Of a stretch of DNA of 64,000 bases, positions 1 through 10,477 are shown one piece after another (the stretch's first letter is position 1; every line of letters starts with the position of its first letter). Source of the DNA: Octopus sinensis (taxonomy: Eukaryota); contig NW_021831849.1 of assembly GCF_006345805.1 (NCBI RefSeq), forward strand, positions 1-64,000, in the 5' to 3' direction. The notes under the pieces were generated by a model. It had not been told where the DNA came from. It did not search any database and was given only the letters and a program-made list of their open reading frames with translations. The position numbers and the translations under genes are program-made.

Positions 1-330
1 GAACATAACAAACTCGATTTGTTTGTTTTCGACAAGATAAAGAATCAAATTTTGTTTGTGGAAGTTGGGATAACATCTTCCCAAAACTTACAACAAGTGC
101 AGATCAAAAAATGAGAAAATATGACCTTCCATCCAAAAAGCTAGAACTAATCTATTGCAAGAGTAAAAATAGTATTTATTGTATTAACATGGGATGGGCT
201 GGTTAGTTAAAAATTTCTACAATATGCATATTCGCTTAACATTAGTAAGAAAACGCACGTATACATTCAATCACTCACTATAAATAAAACCCTTGAGCAT
301 GATTGTTTCTTATAGAAACAGACCTGAATT
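1..330 (+). mobile_element. Degenerate 3' fragment (REL endonuclease) of an R4/NeSL-like non-LTR retrotransposon
   Basis: Reads HNKLDLFVFDKIKNQILFVEVGITSSQNLQQV, then frameshifts. This parallels NKPDIFVYDKIKKEITLIEVGITSQ in the intact ORF at 19951-23493. Confidence 0.7.
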
Positions 331-1203
331 GTGGGAAAGAACGCTTGAGCTGAACAAAAGAATAAACGAAATTTATCACAAAATAAGTGTGTTCCCAACA
401 TCGCCACTGCCTGTCAGTACCTTGAAGGGAAAGAGGCGGGTCTGCCTACCCTAATCACTTTGCAAATAAAAGAAGTAGCGACCAGAGGAACTTTAATTAA
501 TTAATACTTACTTTAAATTCTATTAAAACATGGATTGTTTAATATAACAACTAATCGATTAAAATATATTAGTACGGATTATTGAATGAATTTTTATTTT
601 TTATTTTTTGAGTTTCTTATTTTATCTTTCTTAGTTTTTTTGTCAATAGTAGGAATCGTCGAAACGTTAGAATAAAGATATGTATAATCATCAGTTTCTA
701 CATAAAATTAAACATTAGTAAATCATTATAATTACCATATTTTTGTCCATTTGCATACATATTTTCATCTTCTTTTTTATTGGCAGTTATAGTTTCTGAA
801 TAATTTTCAATGCTTTTATATTGATTAACTTTTGAAGTATTTTTTTGTCTCATTTGACAAATCTGACAATAATAAATACGTATACATCAAATTCAATGTT
901 TTTTAATTTATTTTCAATTTTTTTGATGTTCGATTCATTTTTGTTCATTGTCAAAATAATTTGATTTAATTTTGTTAAATCATCATAATTACAAACCTAG
1001 TTGAATGATTTTATTGTATACTTACTTGCGAATTTACAGAATCTAATCTATTTTGCAAGTCTTTAATTTCATTTTGTAGATATTGTTCATTTTTCAAAAC
1101 TTTTTTTTGTATTTTATCTAAATTATAATTCATTTTTTCGTTGATGCTTTCTAATAGTTCGGTTTTTTCCTAAATAATAATATTTTTAGCATTATTATAA
1201 AAT

Positions 1204-2333
1204 TTATTTTGTAAAAAACACCTGTAAAATTTTTCTGTGAATGTCTTCATTTAAATTATTCACTTTTTTACGAAGCTCCAAATTGTGTTCTTTAATTAGA
1301 TGAGAAATTGAATGAAATGCCTCTTTTGTTGTATTTTTATATCTTCTTCTGAAATTTAATTTTAGAAAGTGATACTTTGATTGATTAATATTGTTTAATG
1401 CATATTTGAATTCATTAAACACCTGTCTCATTTTATTGTCATTTTTATTAATTATATTGTTTTGATTAAAAATATATTCCATTATTTTGTTTTCAGATCT
1501 CTAAATCAACAATGAGATTTCTACTTCTATGTTGCTTTTTAATTCATTGTTAATTTTTGAAATTTCTGATTTTGTAATTGACCTTATAGCTTCTATAATA
1601 GACGAATGTGGTTTATATTCGTTTTTAATTTCTTCTATTTGACTATTGATATACTTTTTTAATTATTCATATTTCATTTTTATACATTATATATTCTCTC
1701 TTCAAGATGATATATTTTGTTATTTAAGTTACTGTCATTCTGAAACATTTTTTCTCTAATTTCATTGATTTGATTTTTAACACTATTCAATATTGTGTTT
1801 CTGATGTCGACCAAATTATTTTCAAGATTTTTTATTTTATTTTGATTTAACATTTCGTTTTCCAGAATTTGTTTCATTAGATTAATATTTTTAGTATCAC
1901 TAAAATCTTTTAAAAATACTTTATGACATTGATTGTATTAGTTTAATTATGCTTCCGAGTTCGGTGTCATGAATTTGAATCGAATCATGGACAGTTTTAA
2001 GAACATGCCAAATTTGAGAATTACTATAAACTTATTTTGAATTATTAAGTACGTTGTATCATTTTTGTTAGTTGTAATAGTATTGAAGTGTTTCAAACTG
2101 TTCAAAACGTTTTCAAACTGCATTATTTGTTTTTCCTTGATAAATAATAATTATTGTACATTTTTGTGTATAATATTTTCGATTTCCTTAGATTCTTTAT
2201 TTCTCTCTGTCGTATAGTGGTAAAAATTTCTTTTTAATTCTTCAATAATTGAAAACAAGGCTGAACAGTTTCCGGTATTGGTATTAACCGCATGTACTAT
2301 TTCAGATGGTAAAAATTGCAGTCCTTCATTCAA
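1204..2333 (-). CDS. Putative multi-exon N/K/I-rich coiled-coil protein of unknown function; ends uncertain
   Basis: ORFs 2151-2333, 1680-1877 and 1204-1482 lie on one strand. The first two can be joined in frame through 24-30 nt GT-AG introns (e.g. gtacaataattattatttatcaag). No family motif recognised. Confidence 0.35.
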
Positions 2334-3194
2334 TCTTTAAATTTTTAATGATTTGTTATTAATACCTTATATCTGTCATTTTATTTTGATTAGATAACAT
2401 AATTTTATTTTATCGGAAGTTTAACTGAAAATAAGTTTTATTCCAAAGGTATTGAAAATATTTTAGCGTAAACGGATTTTTATATAAATTTAACGCCTGA
2501 TTAATTAACCAATAAGTTCTTTTAGAATTAGAATTTGAATGCCAATCAGAATTTTATTTTGTTATATTTATGTTTAAAGGTAATTGCTACATATACACTT
2601 TATCAATAAAATGTAATGTAGCCATGTGATATTGATCATCAAACATATCAGGATTTTACCAAATTATTAATCAAAAATCTACTCCATCTAACTAATAAAG
2701 CGGTTGAAATCCTGGCCTAGACAGGGGTCAGAAATTTATGACTTTAAATTTAAAATTAATAAAAAATTCAGCATGAACGAAAGGGTACTAATTCAATAAT
2801 TTAATTTTAAAGACTATTATATAGTTTTAAAAGATTTTCCAAAGAAGATAGTTACAGGTTTCTTCTAGATGATTAAGTCATTTATCAATAAGTTAAAAAT
2901 CGAATTGTTCAGCTTACGTCAATTTCCTCATCTATAAAAATGCGTTTTCAATAATATAAATAATTAATTCAAAGGATTGAAAATAATCCTGAAAAGATAG
3001 TATCGGTATTAGTTCTCCTCTGTTTTAAAGAATTCAAATAAAATCTAGTCTTTTATGGAAACTAAATTTGTTAGTGATTACAAAAATCCTAAAAAAATGA
3101 AGTAAAATCGCAAAAAACCGCACTTACCGCAGAGCCATAGTATTTTATAGCTCCGCACAGGCGGGACACACACTTTATTTTAAGTAAAGAGTTT

Positions 3195-3405
3195 TTTATT
3201 TTTAGCTAATCGTAGGTAGGGCCAGGGGAGAATCTTTACTTGCTTTTTTTTTACCGTGTGTGAGTCCAGGTTAGAAAATCCAGTTCCGCAGTGACTACTC
3301 ACTGATGACGACGTCACTCGTCAAGCCTTTTATAGCATCGATGGGAAGTGGCCGGACTCGAACCCGTGACCTAGCAGCAGAGACCTAACCACTATGCCGT
3401 CCACG
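3195..3405 (-). mobile_element. tRNA-derived SINE-like element
   Basis: Minus strand has A-box-like GGCATAGTGGTTAG and B-box GGTTCGAGTCC with a shortened anticodon arm, then a unique body, ending ...CCTACGATTAGCTAAAAATAAAAAA. Confidence 0.55.
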
Positions 3406-3476
3406 TTGCAGGTTTAAAATCGCAAACCTGCAAAAAAATCATCTATTATTTAAAGGACTCACTTACTACTCTATAC

Positions 3477-4268
3477 CAGAGGTTTCCAAGCTTTTTTTTA
3501 CGCGCCTCCCTTAGAGAAAAAGTACAATCTTGCGCCTCCCTTTATATTCCATAATATAATACAATTATTATTTTATCAAAAACAATTTTTTAAAACAAAA
3601 AGTTAATGAGATAATTTTTTTTCCATCTTGGCGCAAAGTTTTTCAAATCTTGGTGTCATCGCAGAGAGTGCTACTCTTAGCTCATTAGTCACTACTAAAC
3701 GAGTTCGATATTTAGATTTAATTGCAGCTAGTGCAGAAAATCCAGTTTCGCATAAATATGAAGTAGCAAATGGCAACAAAACTTTCATTGCTTTATTCGA
3801 CAAAATTTCATATTCCGTTCTTACATTCAACCAAAAAGAAATTAGCGGTTCTCTCTCAAATTTTTGTTTCAATGTTTCAATAATTTTCCATAGAATCAAC
3901 AAAGATACGTGTGAATCCTAACAATAAGTAAGATGGAAAGTATTTTCTTGTCTTTGGAGTGGTATTGATTATATTCCAATCATTTTGATTTTTTGAACCA
4001 TCGTCAAAATCTTTATTATTCGTGAATTTTCTTTTGCAACCACTCAAGAATTTATTCATGTGTTAAAATTATTTAATTGTCTAATAAATTAAATAAATTT
4101 TTGAAAAAATATAATTTTTAAATTAATAACTCTTATTATCGGAATATAGTCACGTTTTTTACATAGATATAATTTTCTAAAAAATGTTTCTGAAATACTT
4201 TTCGCGCCTCCCTTGACACGAGTCAACGCCTCCCTAGGGAGGCGCGCCTCCCCATTTGGAAACCTCTG
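3477..4268 (-). mobile_element. Non-autonomous hAT (Buster/Charlie-like) deletion derivative, copy 1
   Basis: TIR CAGAGGTTTCCA at both ends; 8-bp TSD CTCTATAC (3469-3476, 4269-4276). Retains the transposase N-terminus (3877-4059) and the C-terminal dimerisation motif PFATSYLCETGFSAL (3603-3902). Confidence 0.92.
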
Positions 4269-4309
4269 CTCTATACGATTTCAGAAAAATATTTACATTC
4301 TGCATTATT

Positions 4310-4870
4310 ATTATTATTAGCACTGTCATAGGAACATAATGTAATTTAAACTAATTAAGTTCCCACATGTGCCACATATGAGACTATCTTTTCGGTCATA
4401 ATTTTCCATGATGTGCGGTTGTATGCTATACTCCTGAGAGTATCTAGGTCGTCTCCATTTTTCAGTTGTCTTTTAACGCGTTGTAGTTCTTTTGAGATTA
4501 CAATAGGTAATGTATTTCGTGGGCGTCCTCGGGACGCAGATCTTTCGTCCTTTGCGTAATATGATTCCATTGCCCAGTTAGCATAAACATCCTGGTCGAG
4601 TCTTAGAATGTGGCCCAATAGGCGCCAACGTGCTTCGGTAATGTCCACACTGACGGGTCTGCTGTTGCAGATATTGTATAGGGTGGAGTTCTTGATTTTC
4701 TTTGGCCAGTTGATGCCAATAAGAATTCTTAACTGTCTTCTATGGAATGCATCAAGAGATTTTGATTCAGACTCAGATATTCCCCATGTTCCTCCGTTGT
4801 ACAAAAGTATGGGTTGAGTTAGTGACGCAACTCTATTGCACAAAGTCTTAATCACATATGAGGCTACAAA
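4310..4870 (-). mobile_element. 5'-truncated RTE-like LINE, 3' end
   Basis: ORF 4355-4855 (LLYNGGTW...DAFHRRQLR...RWRLLGHILR...RGRPR) is homologous to the C-terminus of 9455-10438; (TAA)n tail near 4310. Confidence 0.8.
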
Positions 4871-6029
4871 GAGATTTTACTTTACATTCTGCATCTGCTC
4901 GTTTTTTCTTGCAATACGATTGTTTTTGTGAAGTTTATACATTTACATTAGGTCATTTTTAAATGATATTTATATTTTAAACTCCATTACAAATGAATTT
5001 GTTAGTTTATGCTTACAATTCATAATTCGAACAACAAATATCGTTCCAGAATTGTCCAATACATCGAATTAGCAATGGAGCGACTGTTTCTAATTGATCT
5101 TTAGTAAATTCGCCAAAATTTTAAACAGAGATAATTTTAAGAAGTTTCACTTTTATGCATAGGTGACTTTTATTTAAAAACTCTTTAATAGTGTTTAATC
5201 TAATTTAGAAAGTTATTCTAGACTCTACTTATGTGTAAGAAATCTTTGAATCTTGACCATGTGTTTTTTCTGGTTTCAAAAGCCGCAAGTATTTTTTTGA
5301 TTTTCAGAATAGTTTTTTGTGAGATTTAATTTTTCATTCAATTGCTCTTCTTATTTTCTTGTCTTCCCCTGGCCCTACCTACGATTAGCTAATTCGACTA
5401 GCATATTTTTTCAAATTTACGCAAATAAATTTGATATCGAATCACCCAAGCTCTCTTTGATTATCCATAGGCTTTTAAAATGTATTTTAGTGTTATTAAA
5501 CGAATAAAAAATATTAGTTTATCCAATTGTACTACCACCGATAGCATATAACTTTAAAACAATCCATAACTGCCGAAAAATGAATCCAAGGGAGGTCTTA
5601 CATCAAGAAGTGTTTTATTCGACCAATCAATAACATTTCTTACATCAAAACCACACCAATCGACATACCAGTCGTGACAGTCGAAGGTTAATTGCTACCT
5701 AAAGAATTAAACTTTAAAATTTCTAATTCTTGCACGAGGAGAAATATCGTCACTGAAAATTAAATTTTTAATTTAGAAAATAACTAGACAATGCAGTTAT
5801 TTTGAACTGCCGGCCTGGCAGTTCCCTCGGACGATCGCCAACGAGACTCTTTGGAAAAGATGACGAGTCTCGTTGGGATCCTTGTTTCGTCTGGCAATCT
5901 TCGACCCCAGCCGACGAAGGAAATATCGTCACTTCTCCTGTGGAAACGCCGTAAACTAGGACTAAGAAAATCACTAATATATTTGTTTCCATATTTAAAA
6001 TTTTGCGTGAAGGGCCTCCTATTTGAGAA

Positions 6030-6245
6030 TTTCTTTGTTTTACATTCTAAACAAAAATGTGGAAATGCTATGAAAATGGGATTTTTTTAATTCCAAGATT
6101 GTTCCTATTACAATATTTGTGAGTCAATACGGTGTGTTAAAATTTGTGGTTAATTGATAAGAAAATAAAATAACACAAGATGAATTTCCCAAGCCTAATA
6201 CAACAATTGAAGCATTGAGGACGTTAAAGCCCTGTTTCGTCATTC
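6030..6245 (+). pseudogene. Thiolase (acetyl-CoA acetyltransferase-like) internal fragment
   Basis: HSKQKCGNAMKMGFF[frameshift]NSKIVPITIFVSQY, 30-nt intron 6132-6161, then ENKITQDEFPKPNTTIEALRTLKPCF. Matches the thiolase segment F..EIVPV...DEFP....E....LKP.F. No flanking thiolase exons seen. Confidence 0.6.
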
Positions 6246-6329
6246 TCAAAGACATTTTGTTTGGTTATAACTTTATGCTTCACGAGACAACTGAAAAAAT
6301 TATGTTTTTTTGTTCATGGGCCAGAAAAA

Positions 6330-6588
6330 CCCTCTGGACATTCTAGAAAAGATCGAAATGATTTGATTGGATTTGAAGACTAAGAAGAAATTATCAATGC
6401 GCGTAAAATTGCTTATGACAACATTCTTGTGGCTGAACAAAATGATCCAAAGACGAAAGAAACTGCGGTGCTATCTACTAGCAAAAAAGAATGAACTTTC
6501 TGGAGTTATAATTGAGGGAGGTCGTGTGATTATAAGAACTGACTCGGACGTAAATCGACCAAAGCTGCCTCTATATGATGGGCTAGAT
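6330..6588 (+). pseudogene. Possible integrase C-terminal (GPY/F-like) remnant, interrupted by the hAT at 6589
   Basis: GGRVIIRTDSDVNRPKLPLYDG continues after the hAT as GIVFYVKAVYDNLYVLE; loosely like Gypsy/Ginger integrase tails. Confidence 0.3.
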
Positions 6589-7460
6589 CAGTGATTCTCA
6601 AGTGCGGCCCCTAGGATTTAATTGAGGGCCTTATGTTTCTATAAATATTTTATTTTTTGTCACGTTTTTTTATTTGTTGTTGTGATGTCGAATTCTAAAC
6701 GTTTTCGAAAAATTTCCAAGGAAAATAGGATTTTTAAACTCATATGGGAAGAAAAATATTTCATTATTGAGGTCAATGGAAAGCCTTTTTGCCTAATATG
6801 CAATTCTATTATTGTAACTTTAAAAACGTATACAATCGAACGGCATTACCGTTCCCACTCTATTCATTATGACAAATTCACTGGTGTTTCTCGGACGAAA
6901 AAACTAAAACAAATAAAAGAAGATTATTTAAAGCGATCATCCACTTTCAAAAGTGGGACATATTCGTCTAATATTAACCTGCCATCATACAAAATTAGTT
7001 ACCTATTGGCTAAAAATATGAAGCCTTATTCTGATGGCGAATTATATAAAACGGCAATAGAAATATTTGCATCGGAATGTTGTTCGCCCGCTGTTTTCGA
7101 TATTGCACACAAGTTACCTCTAAGTAACGATACTAAAATTAGGAAATAATACCGCAATGAACTAACGGATATCCATCTAGATCAGATGTTGCGGATTTCG
7201 ACATCTAATATCGTACCAGATTTTGAAAATATGACAAAGTAGTTTATAAATTCTTTCATTCATTGATATAACAAATGTGCGGCGATAGGACGCAACTCTA
7301 AATTGCATGTACACAGTAAAACAAAAATCATGTATTTTCTTCAGTTCAACCTGAAATAACAAATATCTTATCTTCATTAAGTTGACAAAAAAATGTACGG
7401 CCCCTATAAATAAAAAATTTGATTTTGCGGCCCCTGGCTCAAAATTCTTGAAAACCACTT
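6589..7460 (+). mobile_element. Internally deleted hAT (SPIN/GTF2IRD2-like)
   Basis: Imperfect TIRs CAGTGATTCTCAAG / AAGTGGTTTTCAAG; 8-bp TSD GGCTAGAT (6581-6588, 7461-7468). ORF 6622-7149 has WEEKYFIIEVNGKPFCLIC...IERHY (BED-like zinc finger). Confidence 0.9.
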
Positions 7461-7619
7461 GGCTAGATGGTATAGTGTTTTATGTCAAGGCCGTTTATGA
7501 TAATTTATATGTTCTAGAAGCATCTTGACGGACGTGCATATTTCGAAGTCGAAAAAGCTTAACTTACTTTTTTTATTAATGCAAATTTTTAAATCTGATT
7601 GGTTTTAAAATTAGGGTTC

Positions 7620-7755
7620 GAGACCTAGCTTGTCCGCAAAAGACTTGACATGAGAGGGGAAGTTCATCTCTACAATGCGACCCATATACCTGTATAACTT
7701 GGGAACATGGGCATGTACAAGACAGGAATACGAAAAGCTTAACTCTTTTCACATA
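7620..7755 (+). mobile_element. Small RTE-like LINE fragment adjoining the Tc1 insertion
   Basis: MRPIYLYNLGTWACTRQEYEKLNSFH parallels VKPVLLYSSSTWGISDAELKTIDSFH of ORF 9455-10438. Confidence 0.5.
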
Positions 7756-9213
7756 CAGTGCCTGACAAAAAAAATTGGATTTGTAATAAATCGACTTTTT
7801 TTAAAAATAAATTATAATTTAATTTTCTTACATCATTCTTGGCAAAATTAGAATTATTTTTTTAATTTTTAAAATTATTTTTGGTTTTTAAAATTTAATT
7901 TTAAAGCAGAATTTAAAATTTGCCGGACAAAAAAAATTGGATTTGGACAAAAAAAATTGGATGTTCGTATAAATGAAGCGTAATTCAAAAATCCATTTAT
8001 CTGATTTTACAAAAGGAGTAATAATTGGATATTACTCTTCAGGAAAAACAATTGAAGAGATATCTAAAATACTGAAAATTCCCAGATCGACCGTGGGATT
8101 TGTGACAAGAAAATTTTCCAAAGAAGGCACTACTACGCGAAAAATTAAATCTAGACGTTTACCGAAACTCTTTTCAGATCAAAAAAACACAATACAATTA
8201 ATCTCGAGAGATGAACCCTCAATTTCTGCTGTGTCTCTTTCTGAGATAACAAAAACTCAATTTAATGTGGACGTATCTCCCAGAACAATTGGTCGTATAC
8301 TAAATTCATTTGGATTACATGCCCGAGTTGCAAAACACAAACCTCTTTTGATATCAAAAAACATCAAATCCAGATGGTTAATTGCGAAAAAGTTTTTAGC
8401 CATATCTGACGAAGAATGGAAGAAAGTCATCTTCTCCGATGAGTCATGTTTTGAGGTCTATATCAGCAAAATAAGGATCTATAACAGCAAAAAAAACGGT
8501 ACTGCATATGAAAAGTCCAATATCGTACCTACTGTTGAGTATGGTGGAGGAAAGTTAATGGTTTGGGGATGTTTCTCATATGAAGGCGTCGGTAATCTTG
8601 TTATTATAAATGGAAAAATGAACAGTGCTTATTATTTAAACATTTTGTCAAATAATCTGGAGCAATCAGCTCTAAAAATGGGGTTAAACTCATGTATTTT
8701 TCAACAAGATAATGCTTCATGCCACAGTTCTCGAGTAGTTAAAGAATTTATATGCGATAGAAAATACAAAATTCTTGATTGGCCGTCTCAATCACCTGAC
8801 CTTAATCTAATTGAGCATGTTTGGGCAATGATGAAGAGAAAATTATTGCAAAAACCGCCGAAAAACTTGAAGGATTTGGAGACAAAATTAGTTGTGATAT
8901 GGGAGTCAATACCGAAAAAATACCTAGAAAATTTAGTTATGTCAATGAAAAAAAGAAGTTTGGAAGTTTATGAAGCACGTGGAGGGATTTTAACTTATTA
9001 AATTTTAATTTGTTTCATTAAAATAAAAAATCCAATTTTTTTTGTCCGGCAAATTTTAAATTCTGCTTTAAAATTAAATTCTAAAAGCCAAAAATAATTT
9101 TAAAAATTAAAAAAATAATTCTAATTTTGCCAAGAATGATGTAAGAAAATTAAATTATAATTTATTTTAAAAAAATCGATTTATTACAAATCCAATTTTT
9201 TTGTCAGGCACTG
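7756..9213 (+). mobile_element. Full-length Tc1 element with ~200-bp IR-DR terminal inverted repeats
   Basis: TA|CAGTGCCTGACAAAAAAAATTGGATTTG ... CAAATCCAATTTTTTTGTCAGGCACTG|TA; near-perfect TIRs of ~200 bp, with inner direct repeats at ~7920 and ~9030-9054. Confidence 0.97.
7973..9001 (+). CDS. Tc1 transposase, DD34E, 342 aa, uninterrupted
   Basis: N-terminal HTH region; catalytic motifs VIFSDES, FQQDNASCH and SPDLNLIE, with 34 residues between the second D and the E. Confidence 0.95.
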   Translation: MKRNSKIHLSDFTKGVIIGYYSSGKTIEEISKILKIPRSTVGFVTRKFSKEGTTTRKIKSRRLPKLFSDQKNTIQLISRDEPSISAVSLSEITKTQFNVDVSPRTIGRILNSFGLHARVAKHKPLLISKNIKSRWLIAKKFLAISDEEWKKVIFSDESCFEVYISKIRIYNSKKNGTAYEKSNIVPTVEYGGGKLMVWGCFSYEGVGNLVIINGKMNSAYYLNILSNNLEQSALKMGLNSCIFQQDNASCHSSRVVKEFICDRKYKILDWPSQSPDLNLIEHVWAMMKRKLLQKPPKNLKDLETKLVVIWESIPKKYLENLVMSMKKRSLEVYEARGGILTY

Positions 9214-9419
9214 TATAGGACTAAAAGAGAACAGGAACCACGTCAGTCTTGGAGGAAATTCTGGAGCAAGATGAGCCGCACCAAGGACGGCATTGTTTGT
9301 TGTCCTTGGGGAGGTTTTTAAAACCATTGGGAAACCACGACACCACCAATGATTACTTTGATTTAAGGACGTTGAAATTTAAAAAGTTATTATTGCTAAT
9401 TAACGGCGGTTGTTCTTCT

Positions 9420-10385
9420 TATTATTAACACATTCCGTAGGAACATAAACAAAGTTATAATCCCACACGTGTCACAAGCGAAACAATCTTCTGGACCATC
9501 CTTGTCCATGCCCCTCTGTAGCGGGCGAGATCCCGCAAAGATTCTAGGTCGTCCAAGTTTTTGAAACTTTTGCCATGAAGTTTGAGATCCCTCTCCAGAA
9601 CTGCCGGAAGAGTGGATCTAGGTCTTCCACGATATTTGTCTCCATGTTCGGAGAAATAATCGTCCATTGCCCGATTGGCCGGAGCTCTGGGGTCCATTCG
9701 CAAAATATGGCCAAATAATTTCCACCGGCCTCCAACGATTTCTTGAGACAACGGCGTAGCATCGTAATGTTTATACAGAGATAGATTGTTAATTTTTGAT
9801 GGCCAGTGTATTCCGTGTAAGAGACGTAGTTGTTTACGGTGAAAAGAGTCTATAGTCTTCAGTTCAGCGTCCGAGATCCCCCATGTTGACGAGCTGTATA
9901 GTAGAACAGGCTTTACGAATGCATTATAAAGCCTTGATCTGAGAGCCCGATTTATCGGCCAAGCTTGGAGCCATTTTTTACATATTCTGCTCAGAGCCGC
10001 AGTAGCAAGCATCTTTCTACGAGAAATGTCTTCACTATCTCCAAGTAGAGAGCCGAGTTTGTTGGTATTCCTCCATGTTTCGCCAATTCTTGTGTCCATT
10101 CGTTTTATCTCCGTCAATTCAGTTTTGGAAGTGTTAATTATCAGAAACCATTTGTTAAGTACCCGTGAAGAATTGTTTAGTAGATGAATTAGATCATCTA
10201 TGTTGTCCGAGGCAAAGTCCACATCGTCGGCATATACAATTTCGGTAATAGAATCATTATAGAAAGTTCTCAAATCTCTCAAGGCGGCTTCCAGATAGAT
10301 TACAAATAGCAGGGGGGAAAGAGAGTCTCCCTGAGGCGTGCCGACATTTGTTTTGAACCGTCTGGAGGAGACTTTTTTTTGGTTG
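9420..10385 (-). mobile_element. 5'-truncated RTE-like LINE (RT C-terminal half, ORF 9455-10438)
   Basis: GTPQGDSLSPLLF and IVYADD RT motifs; 3' tail TATGTTCCTA...GTGTTAATAATAA resembles the tail of the copy at 4310. Confidence 0.9.
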
Positions 10386-10477
10386 AGGTGGTGACAACCC
10401 TCTATTGCACAATGTCTGATATAACACAAGCAAAACAATCATACGTTGTTCTTCTGGGGCAAAATTTCATCTAAAAT

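Noticed and set aside
3345-3405. Functional tRNA gene
   Set aside because: Anticodon arm is truncated and the sequence continues into a SINE-like body and A-rich tail.
5768-5992. 74-aa ORF with a signal-peptide-like start
   Set aside because: Two competing frames and ambiguous splicing; no recognisable domain; too weak to call.
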